Source: Ancylonema sp. (lineage: Eukaryota). Taken from it: DNA of 64,000 nucleotides. The stretch covers positions 186,001 through 250,000 of the forward strand of contig JBFLGF010000001.1 in the NCBI GenBank assembly GCA_050230475.1, in the 5' to 3' direction. Below, piece by piece: positions 53,024 through 64,000 of this stretch. The position numbers were made by a program, and so were the translations under genes. The first letter of the stretch is position 1; each line of letters opens with the position of its first letter. The notes beneath the pieces were generated by a model. It did no database searches, was not told the DNA's origin, and saw only the letters and a list, made by a program, of their open reading frames with translations.

Positions 53024-54748
53024 GCTAGGACAACCATTGTACAATACGTCCCCATTAGTCACGTGACATCAGGCAAAAGCGTCGTTGAGCCGGATCCATC
53101 CCAATTGCCGATCCGGATCAGCGCCCGTGTCGGAATCCCCATCGGATCGGGGTAAACTAGCGGGAAGTAAGAGAACCAACAACTTGAGGCCGTCTCGTTC
53201 CTTAATCTGCCAAAAGACGAATTGCATTTGCGGCTGCAGTTGCTGGAGCAAACGGGGTCTTTTTTTAAACATCTTTAGACCCTCGAGGTCTTGCAGATGA
53301 CCTAAAAACAACTTGTCCCCGGATATCTCAATTTGTGACAATTGTGTTATTACAACGTTTTGGTGGTTTTATACCACGATGGGTGCGTATGATCTTTTCC
53401 CCCCGTCGATTTTCAATCAATGTTCGGCGCCTCCGATTCAAATTGGAACCGGATCGGGTCAGATTCAAATCAGGGCCGGATGGTAAAGTCCTCGACTAGA
53501 TGGAACCCGCCCATGGAACCATACATCCGTCGCAGACCAATCAATTTGGTATCGGTGTGTGACCAATGACGTGCCGAATGGAGTCGACATGTAACTTTTT
53601 GATGAAGTTTGCAGAAACTAAAACTAGACAGAAAGAATATGAAAAAAAAAAAAACAAAAAAACAAAAAAAGGAACGAAAGAAAATGGAAAACTTTGTTTT
53701 TATCTTTTTCTTTTGGCCGATGAAATGGGCCATAGTCAAACGAACCGGCTGCATTTATTTTTTTGGGACAGGATCTGAGGTGCAACCGTTTCGGAACCGG
53801 ACGAACCGGGTGATTTTTAGGGTTTTCCTCCTTCTTGCGGTATGACATTTATTCCCTCCCAGAAGATGTGCGCGAGGAAAATATGTAATTATAAATGTTC
53901 ATGTTGGTGATTATATGTCACTTTCAGATGCTATAATTATTAAATATTTCAACGGGAAGATATGGCGCACCCAATGCAAGTTTTACTTTGCTTTCTTTCG
54001 CGCCATGGTGCAATTTTGTTGACCGGAGGCACCACCCGACCTTCCGCTCTGACACACACATCCGGCTTTAGAGACGCAAGGGATGTGGAAGGTTGAGGAG
54101 AAGATTTTAATTATAAAAGTAGTGTTAGAGCTTAAGAGCACGAGGTTAAAAAAAAAATACATGGTAAGATGAAGCATATGTCATGTGCCATTAGATTACG
54201 GGTAAAAACATATTCTCGTAACATCTTCACATGGAAGCATAATACGGAAATGGGAATGAGGAAATATATGACCGGAGATGAGCATAGTATGATCATAAAA
54301 TATATAACCATTTCATATTTCTTAAACATTTCCGATTTCTTTCATATTCCATTCCAGTTCTTTCAATACTTGTACATAAATAGAAACACAGTTTGTAAAG
54401 AAGCGAGCAAAGCAAACAAATCGACCAAAAATCATGAGGGTGTACTCACGGAAAATCATTTTGAGTGTTTTTTAACAATAGATATCATTTGTGTGTGTTT
54501 TTTTTTAAACAGATAGAGCATGACGAGCTTCACAAAAAAAAAAAAAATGTTTTTTGAATTTTTATAATCCCTAAAAATGACGTTCAAGTGAAAAAATGTC
54601 AAATCCTTTGGTTCATAACCGCGGCCACTTTTTTTCGGAACCGGTTCCATCTAAGATCCGGTTCAGAAACGGTTATGAGTTTGTGCATTTATGAAATTGG
54701 CTAAACGACTTTTATTTTTTTTTCTCCTGTGAAATCGAGCGTTCTTTG

Positions 54749-55160
54749 TGGCTCATACTCCTCGTTTGGGCTCACTAGAGTAATGTGTTGATTTACTTTC
54801 AACTGATACAAACACAAGAATTTGATCACATTTGTGTAACTATATGTGATGTATTAGTGTTCTTCACAAAATAACATTGATAAAGTGTTCACTTAAGACT
54901 AAGATGCACTCGAAGAAACACGTTAGGAGGTCTGATATAAAAAATCTTAGGGTAAATTTAGTAGCGCAAATATTGAATATTACAGAAATTGCAGCGATCT
55001 TTGCGGCTCATTCTCCTCATTTGGGACCACTAGAGTAATGTGTTGATTTACTTTCAACTGATACAAATACAATAATTTGATCACATTTGTGTGACTATCC
55101 GTGATCAATGAGTCTTCTTCACAAAAGAACACTGATGAAGTGCTCACTTAAGACTAAGAT
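54749..55160. repeat. Direct duplication of ~155 bp with ~255-bp period
   Basis: GGCTCATACTCCTC...CACTTAAGACTAAGATG occurs at ~54750-54906 and ~55004-55161. Confidence 0.75.
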
Positions 55161-55622
55161 GTCATGCCGCTAGAGATCGTTAGAAAGTAAAGTCTTTTTA
55201 ATTGTTGATCCGCTTGAAAAAATAGCAATTTTGGTAATTGTCGATTTTTAGTCGTTATATTGAACTCTGTCGTTATATGAGTTTCAATCAGTCAGACGTT
55301 TGATTTGATAATTTTATTATACTCAGTCAATCTAGAAAAGTCGGTGTACCACTTCTTAGATTTTAATTCGGAGTATTTTGTCGTATCGACGAGTTACTAG
55401 ATTCCTAGTGCGCGCCGAGCTTTATCTCAGTCAGCCAGCCTGGTGTTTAAACCGCCNACCCGCATACAGTCACATCTAGAATATTGCTCCCGGTTAGAGT
55501 TACCGGTTACAACTGGACTAGCACGCATAACATATGGCTATCCAAAATATTCTAACAACCCCTTCATCGACTCATTCCATCATCGATGATCCATTTACCA
55601 TCCGATCCCATCTGGCACGTCA
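55160..55622 (+). repeat. LTR family F copy spanning an assembly gap
   Basis: Starts TGTCATGCCGCTAGAGATCG and ends CCATCTGGCACGTCA like 57013-58435; N at 55457. Confidence 0.65.
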
Positions 55623-55659
55623 GCATTACGCCACAGTGAATGTACTGGTCCTTCTCCCT

Positions 55660-56330
55660 AGGCGCGTCGAGTGCACTATCGCATGCAAAAAATGATCACC
55701 GCTAGGAATCACAACATCCGATCATCGATATCAGCCATTAATATCGCCATAGCCAAAGCTCAACGCAATCACAAAGTGCCACGTTATCGCTCTTGCCAAA
55801 GATTAGTCGGTATGCAATCTGGCGTAATGCAAAAGAGTGCTCAAGCATCACATTACATAGTCCGAAAGTCCAACAAGGCACTTCCGACTCAATTGTACTT
55901 TCCGTACGCTATGATGCAATCTCCACCGTACGCATGCGTCCGATCGAACGCATTCAGTCTAAGTATATCCTACCCAAATTTTCAATCGATAACGATCGCA
56001 ATCGGCAAATCACGCCATTGGCAACGTATCGCTATATGACCCCTCAACCCGGGAGGCATGTACGACCGCGTTTCGTTGGAACGTCCCGTGGCCTGCCGAC
56101 CGCTATACGAGACACATATAATTCCCCGCTACGCCAATCGCTACAAATCGCGATGGCATCGTTACAAATTGCGACGGCAATCGAATATCAATCGTTTTAT
56201 CGAACAATTAATAATTCAGCGGGCCCCCGCCTACCGCACTAACGCAGACCGCATGCGAGCTGCGGCAACCATACCTGGGTCAATACCCGGCCGAGACCGT
56301 ACGGCACACACTTGCCGAACAAGTATGACA
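55660..56330 (-). repeat. Partial inverted copy of LTR family B
   Basis: Reverse complement of ~38483-39295; ends AAGTATGACA. Confidence 0.7.
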
Positions 56331-57012
56331 TCAAAGGGATTATACCCCCAAAAAAAAAAACTCGAACTCCGGGTGATATACATCAACGGTGTTAGTTTTT
56401 AGGGGCTGTGGACTGTTGTTGTTATATCGATTTGTCCAATCTGTTCGATGTAGTTTGAGTTTTTCTCGTTATTCAGCGAATTCCGGCCGAACTTGTAAGT
56501 AATGATTATGTCGACAAATTCTGGCCACTCAGCATAAGTGTCGATAAGTTTTAGTCGATGTGGCATAATGCTTAGTTGTGATTGGTGTTGACTCAAATAG
56601 TTTCGATATGTTGACTTAGACATTCTGTCGATCACACTCAGCTGTACTAAGAGTGAACTTGCACACAAGATCCTGACATCTGACTTTCTATCTCAAGCTT
56701 GCACTTTTGTTGTGTTAATGCTTGTAATGTCGTGATCAATTGATTCATGAGTTGATTTAGAGTTGAACTTTATTTTTGCAAAGATGGCAAAAGAAAGTTC
56801 TCACAGTGGTATCAGAGCAAGATACGTCATCCTGGACGGAGAGAAAGTCCATTTTCAAGCATGGCGATCCAAGGCCTCAGCGATCCTTGACGATGCTGAC
56901 AGTCTTGAGATTTGCAAGGGCACAGAGGTGGCACCAGAAGAAGTGTTTGCTAGATATGATGATGAGCACTGGACACTAAACGAAGCCGAAATGGACCAGT
57001 ACTCTGTCGATC

Positions 57013-58435
57013 TGTCATGCCGCTAGAGATCGTTAGAAAGTAAAGTCTTTTTAATTGTCGATCCGCTTAAAATTATAAATTTTGGTAATTGTAGAGTTTT
57101 AGTCGTTATATCGAACTGTGTCCTTATATGACTTTCGATCATTCAGAAGTTTGATTTTATAATTTTGTTATACTCAGTCAATCTAGAAAATTCGGTGTAC
57201 CACTTTTTAGATTTTAATTCGGAGTATTTTGTCGTATCGACGAGTTATAAATTCCCAGTGCGCGCCGAGCTTGATCTCAGTCAGCCAGCCTGGCGTTTTG
57301 ACCGCCGCACGTGTTAAATTAGAACTCTAGAATAGACAGTCACAATTAGCCGTCAGTCGATTTTTTTTTTTACCATAGATCAAGATAAGATCTAGATTAC
57401 CGCGCGCGTCGATTGTTCTAAAGCCTAAGTCGCTTTCTGAACTACCAGCTTCCGATGTCAGTTTACGCTGTCTGAATTTCAACAACTCTTGGCAATCGCC
57501 ATCTTTGCAATCTCTGTGAATTCGTGTATTATGCAATCGTCAACAATCGTTATCAAGTGTGCCGTTTCGCCTTTGATATTCTCTGTGAAGATTTGCAAAC
57601 TTCGCGTCGCTCCATCCAGCCGTGAGTTCTTCGAAATTGCTTGTTTGCTTGTGCGTGCTGTCGCATCTCAAGTAGTACAAAAATTTGTGTGCCGTTTGCA
57701 TACGCATCGTGTGAAATTCTGCCGTAGTCAGAATTATCGTCATCCTTACAAAATCTTGACCCTTGCAAGTCGTTGATTGTCAGCCGTTTTGCTGACGTCA
57801 AATATCGTTACAATTAGCTGCATCGTTTCGTGCGAGCTCAGTCAGACAATTCACCCTTTGAATTGCCTGCACTCGTTCCAGTTTATCAGTGAATCGTTTT
57901 ATTCACGACAACGTTTGATTCCCGAAACCAATAGTGAGTGCGCATCCCGACACAACCAACTATCATTCCTTCTGCACCCTTGTAGAAATTCTATAGCTAT
58001 TTGCCTTGCGTTCTCTTTATTAGTAGCTGTCAGTTTTTGTGAAGTACGATAACCTGCAACGCTTGATTAACCTTAGTGTTTTTTTCTAGACCTCCCACCA
58101 CTAAGCGTTGAGTGCATCTCAACTTTCGGCGAGTAGTAGCTACAACAAACTTCGTTGATAAGTCACATATCGTGCTTGAATTACATTCTTGTGTGGTCTG
58201 TAGGGATTCAACCTACACCAATCTACTCTAGTGAAATCCAGATGATGACCAAAGTCCCAATCCTGATGCCGCTCATCTAGACAAGCAGCCAAGACATCGA
58301 CCAACAACCGTCATTTTCATCGACGCAATAAATTATAAAAAGTCAAGTTTTGCAGATTTTTCCAAAATCTGTCGATTTCTTTGTTTTTGAGAGATTTCGT
58401 CGACAGGCTCTCTGCCGACTCCATCTGGCACGTCA
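57013..58435. mobile_element. Solo LTR, family F, ~1.4 kb, inserted in Copia gag
   Basis: TGTCATGCC...GGCACGTCA; 4-bp flanks GATC/GATA; removal restores the gag frame YSVD(L/M)KSFRKR. Confidence 0.7.
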
Positions 58436-58867
58436 GATATGAAGAGCTTTCGAAAAAGGACAAAGAAGGTTGTGATGCTGATCATGTCAATTGTCAGTGA
58501 AGATATTGCTACAGTGCTAGAACAGTTCAAAAGAGATCGCAAATCAATGTGGAATTACATGAAGGAAGAAAAGCTGGAGTTTTTTTCGATTTTGCGAGAG
58601 TGCACACACCAAAATTACACGGTCAGCAATGAAGACCACGTGATGACGTTGTTTGCCGGGATGGCAAGAACAAAGTATGGACTTCTAAAGCGGCTCTACT
58701 ACGGACAGAAAGAGGCACGTGGAATCGGCTGGATCTAGGCGCAGATGGGAGTCGACGAACTGGCTGACAAAAAAGAGCAAGAGGTTAAAGATTCAGACGC
58801 GCTGGTTGCTGAAGCCAACTATGCCAAGTGGTCATCTCGACGAAATTTCTCTAATCGAGGCAGATAT

Positions 58868-59262
58868 TGTTACGACCGTCGCCGTACTGTACTTTCAACG
58901 ACTTCACAACCGGACAGAATGTCCAAGATTACTAGTGGGCGATGGTTCGAATCCCGTCTCCTCCACTTTCCCGCTCACACGGATTTTCCGTGGGGGTTAA
59001 CAATTTATATGTTGAACGGCCCGCGTTCACATACGGGGTGCACCCTCGGGGAGAGAGTGCCCGTGGCGCGGAACATCAGCCCGGTCATTCTGGGGGTGCT
59101 AGGGGTTCTCGGGACGCGAACCCCTTGCGGGGGGGGGATAGTGTCAGGGAGGCATCTCGGTCTATATTGTATCCGTGCTGTCCAAGTCCCATCTTGGACA
59201 TTGTACCTTTTATGGCCCGGTTGTGAAGTCGTTGAAAGTACAGTACGGCGACAGTCGTAACA
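58868..59262. mobile_element. 395-bp TIR element with TGT..ACA ends (Ginger-like MITE)
   Basis: 46-bp TIR TGTTACGAC(C/T)GTCGCCGTACTGTACTTTCAACGACTTCACAACCGG with one mismatch; perfect 5-bp TSD GATAT. Confidence 0.85.
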
Positions 59263-59339
59263 GATATGGTGGCATCGACAATCGAGGAGGCAAGGGTGCA
59301 AGATGAGGAAATTTTGGAAGCAATCGTAGGAGCAGAGGT

Positions 59340-62144
59340 TGTTAGAACTGCCCCTCTATAGCCACTAGTGTGTCTCTAGAGTGTACCTCCTACACCATGC
59401 TACCAGCCCTAGAGTGCTAGCAGCGACTTTGTCCTTATATCGATTTATGTCCCTTTATAGTGATATATGTGCCTCAAGCGACTTTGTCCCTATATCGAGT
59501 GATTGCCCTTAGCTTTCCAGTTTACTCTTGTATCGAATTCTAGATATCCCACTCGTAGTCTTGATTTAGACTTGAGCCGATTTCCTACATATAGTCCATA
59601 GGAATGCCTTTAGAGCATTCCTATCAACTCATGTATTGCACTCTCCGAGTTGACCATTATTACCAAAACCAAAACATCCTTTCCGGCTTCGGCCACCATT
59701 GCCATTCCGGCCTTTCGCCATCATAGCTATTGTGCATTGCAATTAGCTTGCTAGGGACGTCTTTGCATCCGCCCCTAACACTTTGATAGGAATTAAAACT
59801 TTGGAGTTCACATTAATAGAGTTTCTTTAATATGACTCCAGTCTTGGAGTTTTGTCTCCTTCACACCCGGTGATAGATTTTCACCATCAAAATTGGACGT
59901 TTTCGCCTTCGGCTTATGCCATTTAGACTCTTATCTTGCCCCCATGGACGCGACTAACATGCATACATTTGACACTCAAGCTCTTCGTTTCAAGCTCAGG
60001 GACGTTAAGGAATGCATTTCGGACTATTGGGATACAGATTCAGATCCCTTTCTCGACCAACTTTTGTTAAGGTAAACTCATTTAAAAGCGGCTCTCATAG
60101 CCAAGTACAAGGCGGATGCTACTGCTGCAGCAGCTTCTAATCCTGATCCTACACTCCTACCAGCAGCTCAATTTGCTCCTACTTATCAGGCTTTAGGCCT
60201 ACCAGCTACCAATCCTAGCCTGCCGATATACGCAACTACCCCGGCACCAAGTCCTACCCCAACAACTGCTCCTTCTGCTCGTGCTGGTGCAGCAGTCCAC
60301 TTGCTAGATCCCACCCCTAGCTTAACACTTTGTCCGGCTAACCCGGCACCTACGTCTGCTCCAGCTGCCACAGCTGCTTGCTTGCCTACGCCCAACGCCC
60401 CGGCAGCTACCTCGTCTGCTACTCCTATTATTCGTCCTCGTGCTACTTCTACTCCTACAGTTATCCACGCTGCCCCAGCTCCTGCAACTATTGAAGCTCC
60501 TCCGCCTACTCCAGCTCTAGCTCCAGCTCAAGCTGCACATCGAGCTTCATCTACAGATGTCGTCGTGTTGCAACCTGCAAACCCCCCTGCCACAGTCCCA
60601 GGTCCCCTGCCCAAACTTACGGTTTGGGTAACGGCAGCTTTCCGAGCCACCACCTCTCGCACCGTCAGCTTCTTGCGGACGCCAGCCCTGACAATCTCCC
60701 TTCGCGCGGCGAGCGCAGTCTTGTTCCACTGTCCTGGACCATCCTAACGTTCAATTTTTGCAACCCGCCGCCCTACCAAACCACTAGACGATCCTTCCCA
60801 TCCCAGCCCTCGTTTCGACCCCCTTCGAAGCAAACTCCCATCCCATTTCCCAATTTTCAGCTCCCCGGGGAGTCGAACCCCGAGCAACGTGCTGATGCAC
60901 GCTGTTTTCCGCACAGCTGCAATCCCTTTCCCTTCCCAGTCCCTTTCCTCACCAGAGCCGCCTAGCTTGAAGTGCCACGTTACCTCTCCAACCAGCGGTT
61001 TGCGAACCATCTCCCTGCCAGCGGCAGCTACATGCTCCGCACGTGCAGCCTACGGGAGCCATTTCCTCAACCCCTATGCCTGGGGTGTCTCGCGTGGGAA
61101 CCCGGTTTCTGGTTCCCGTCTTCGGCTCGTCTCTGGCGACGTGGCCTCACCTCTTACCGTCAATGCCCAGGCTTGCATCCCCGCCGTACTCGGAACATTC
61201 TCGAACTTGGCAATGTCCATCTGCATCGGCTTTTCGCGGTTCGCCAAGTTTTTCCAGACTCTGTCTCCATCTCCGCCGTCCATTGTGGCTCTTCCGACGG
61301 CATCGCCACGCTCCTCATTTTTCCAATCCGCCAATAGGGCGTCCCTCTTGGCTCCGTCAGCCCTTATCCTCCACGTGGCGCCATCCTCTCCAACCCTAGT
61401 TTCTGACACAATTGGATCCGACGGTCGCTTCCGCGGATCCCCGATCTCCAATTTTCAGATCGTCTCCATCCAGCCGTCCCTTCACGGGTCCCCGCTCCCG
61501 GTTTCCAAGTTGACGGGAGCCCGATATTTTCCGCCCGACCCTGGGCTCATATATTCCTCTGCCGCGATTCCGGCCCTCATTATTCAGCCCGGAGCTCAGC
61601 CCTCCACCCGGTTCCCTTGGGCTCAGTTTTTCTCCAGCTCTGAGCCCAGCCGTCTGCCTTGCTTCTTTTTACGCGGCCCGCCGCGCCCTTGAGGGGGGGG
61701 TACTGTTAGGACTGCCCCTCTACAGCCACTAGTGTGTCTCTAGACTGTGCCTCCTACACCATGCCACTAGCCCTAGAGTGCTAGTAGCGACTCTGTCCTT
61801 ATATCGAGTTATGTCCCTTTATAGTGATATATGTGCCTCAAGCGACTTTGTCCCTATATCGAGTGATTTCCCTTAGCTTTCCAGTTTACTCTTATATCGA
61901 GTTCCATATATCCCCCTTGTAGTCTTGATTTAGACTTGAGCCGATTTCCTACATATAGTCCATAGGAATGCCTTTAGAGCATTCCTATCAACTTATGTAT
62001 TGCACTCTCCGAGTTGACCATTATTACCAAAACCAAAACATCCTTTCCGGCTTCGGCCACCATTGCCATTCCGGCCTTTCGCCATCATAGCTATTGTGCA
62101 TTGCAATTATCTTGCTAGGGACGTCTTTGCATCCGCCCCTAACA
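59340..62144 (+). mobile_element. Non-autonomous LTR retroelement D, 2.8 kb, without recognisable gag/pol and with a putative self-priming site
   Basis: 441-bp LTRs 59340-59780 and 61704-62144 (TGTTAG..CTAACA); perfect [21 protein letters not shown] at 61691-61700; internal Pro/Ala/Thr-rich ORFs. Confidence 0.92.
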
Positions 62145-64000
62145 GAGGTGGTCAAGGAGGACGAGGTGGCAGCAGTGGATCTAGTCGAGGTCATTCATGC
62201 TACACATGTGGAGAAACAGGCCATTACAATCGAGACTGCACGAAAAAAGATGCAGAGTGCAAGTACTCTGGAGCGATCGGTCATGTTGAGTTTACCTGCT
62301 TCGACAAAAAGAATGAAGCTCCACGCATGCAGAGAAAGGGAGTGCCATAGGGAGGTCTGCATTTGTAAGTGAAGCTGAGACGGAAGAAGATGACTGCTGC
62401 GGGTATGGTGAAGCTGTCGTTGCTAAAATTTGCGAGGGAAATGTAGCAGATCATGATGATGCATAAAAAGATTTTCTCTTTGACGATGGCTCCAATCATC
62501 AATCAAGTGGACAAAAAATCCATTTCAAGACTCTCGAAGACATTCCACATGAGGTTATTATGCATCACCTTGTCGGCACTGTTCGTGTCAAGCAATGGGG
62601 AGCAGTCGAGCTCGATACAGATAGAGAATGTGGCGGAGTGACTCTTCAGAAATGTTTGTACATCCCTGGCACGAGAGTAAATCTGTTTAGTGGGCAAAAA
62701 GCAAGGGAAGTAGGCTGGCCGTATACCTGTAGTGGAAAGACCGGGGGCATAAGTCCTGTCTTCAACAAATTTGGGAAGCAGGTCTGCACGCTACAGGAAA
62801 CATCGACATGTCGAAAAATTCTGATCTGCACTCCAATTCGACATCAAAAATGCATTGAGGGGGAGGTTGTTGTAGCTGCCATCGACATCAATCGACTCCA
62901 CACTAGGCTAGGGCATGCGAACGAGAGGGTGTTGAAAAATATGTTTCGAGATGAACTTGTGAGAGAACTTGAGGGAGGAATTTGAGGGGTCATGACAAAT
63001 TGTGAAGGCTGCAAGCTGGGTAAAGCTCATGAAAAATCTCATCCACGTCGAGAAGCACGTGCACGAGAGCAAGTGTGTCTTGGAAGAGTGTCGGTGGATC
63101 TGGCAAGGCCATTCAAACCTGCATCGATTAGGGGCGGAAACTTCAGCATCGTGATCGTCGATGAGTTCAACATAAAATCATGGGTAGAAATTTTGCGACA
63201 CAAAGATGATGCAGGCCCTCGTCTCAAGCAGTGGATTGCAATTCAGGAGAGAGTCTAGGAAGTGAGTGAAAAATCTGAGGTCTGATCGAGGTGGAGAATT
63301 CATCGATGGTGACTTCAAAAAATGGCTAAGAGGCTGAGGGGTCAAACATGAGACAACGCCACCAAACACACCTCGAAGGAATGCCATCACAAAAAGGATG
63401 AATCGAACTCTCCAAGATAGAGCACGATCGATGTTGCAACACATGCAAGTGCCTCCTGGACTCTGGGCCGAAGCAATCTCCTTCGTTTCTTACCTTCGAA
63501 ATCGCTGCCAAGTCAACGGTCTCTCCAAAACACCTGAGGAGCTCTGGTCAGGAGTTGTTCCAATAATTGACCATCACCGTTCGTTTGGCTGCAAAGTATA
63601 CGTTAGACTTGTGAAGCAAGAAAGAGAAGGGGAAATGGGAGCTCTGGCGTGGATGGGAGTGCTGGTCGGGTGGAACTCCGACAGTCCATGCCATCGAGTC
63701 TAAGACCCTGTGTCAAACAAAGTTCACAATGTTGGAGCTACACATGCAGATTTTGATGAGGATGTGAAAATTGGCTAATGGCGTGGCCAAAATGTTGGGA
63801 AGAAAGGAAAACTGCATGATATCCAAGAAGTTGCAAACATGATATGGCCGGATCTGCAAGAGGGTAGCTAAAGAGTGGGAGGGGGCAATTCTCGAAGTGG
63901 GCAACGGGTACAAGAAAATTTGAATTCCGTCGATGAACAGATCCCCGATGCTGTGGGAAATCCCTTGCTTCAGCTTTTGGGAGTTGTTTCTCCTCAGAAA

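Larger units (their letters stand above)
56390..64000 (+). mobile_element. Degenerate Ty1/Copia retrotransposon with three nested insertions, running off the window end
   Basis: Candidate 5' LTR 56390-~56805; PBS TGGTATCAGAGC at 56807-56818. Gag from ATG 56784 resumes at 58440, 59268 and 62150; zinc knuckle CYTCGETGHYNRDC; LHTRLGH..CEGC; integrase (DLARP, RSDRGGEF, MNRTLQDRARSML). Multiple stops and frameshifts. Confidence 0.9.

Noticed and set aside
53060..54700. ORFs and GATCCGG/GGAACCGG palindromic motifs
   Set aside because: Likely interior of an unclassified repeat; no termini or protein family could be supported.
58745..59301. Overlapping ORFs sharing CYD.RRTVLSTTSQP on both strands
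   Set aside because: An artefact of the 46-bp terminal inverted repeats.

Overview
Eukaryotic nuclear DNA with GT-AG introns and two single-N gaps at 29062 and 55457. The closest recognisable proteins are plant-like (PSB33, UPF0183, TTC38, MEE22-like, DED1/RH37-like), so a streptophyte alga or early-diverging plant is inferred, not proven. Six host genes were modelled by eye: a RIG-I/Dicer-family helicase (1-3163, minus, running off the window start), PHAF1/UPF0183, a TTC38-like gene, an MEE22/ICE1-like gene with apparent in-frame TGA codons, PSB33/TEF5 and a DDX3/DED1-type DEAD-box helicase. The rest is densely nested transposon DNA: many hAT MITEs with 8-bp TSDs, TA-flanked Tc1/pogo-type MITEs, an internally deleted hAT transposase element, a full-length Copia inserted in a Gypsy-like gag, a second Copia carrying three nested insertions, and several solo LTRs. 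Three observations stand out. (i) The helicase appears to carry a RIG-I C-terminal-domain-like zinc domain at its N-terminus, suggesting a permuted RIG-I-like receptor in the green lineage. (ii) A non-autonomous LTR element has an 11-nt self-complementary, Tf1-like self-priming site instead of a tRNA PBS, and carries a non-retroviral Pro/Ala/Thr-rich ORF. (iii) A 395-bp TGT...ACA fold-back element has 46-bp TIRs and a 5-bp TSD, like Ginger transposons. All homology calls are by motif recognition from memory; no database search was run.
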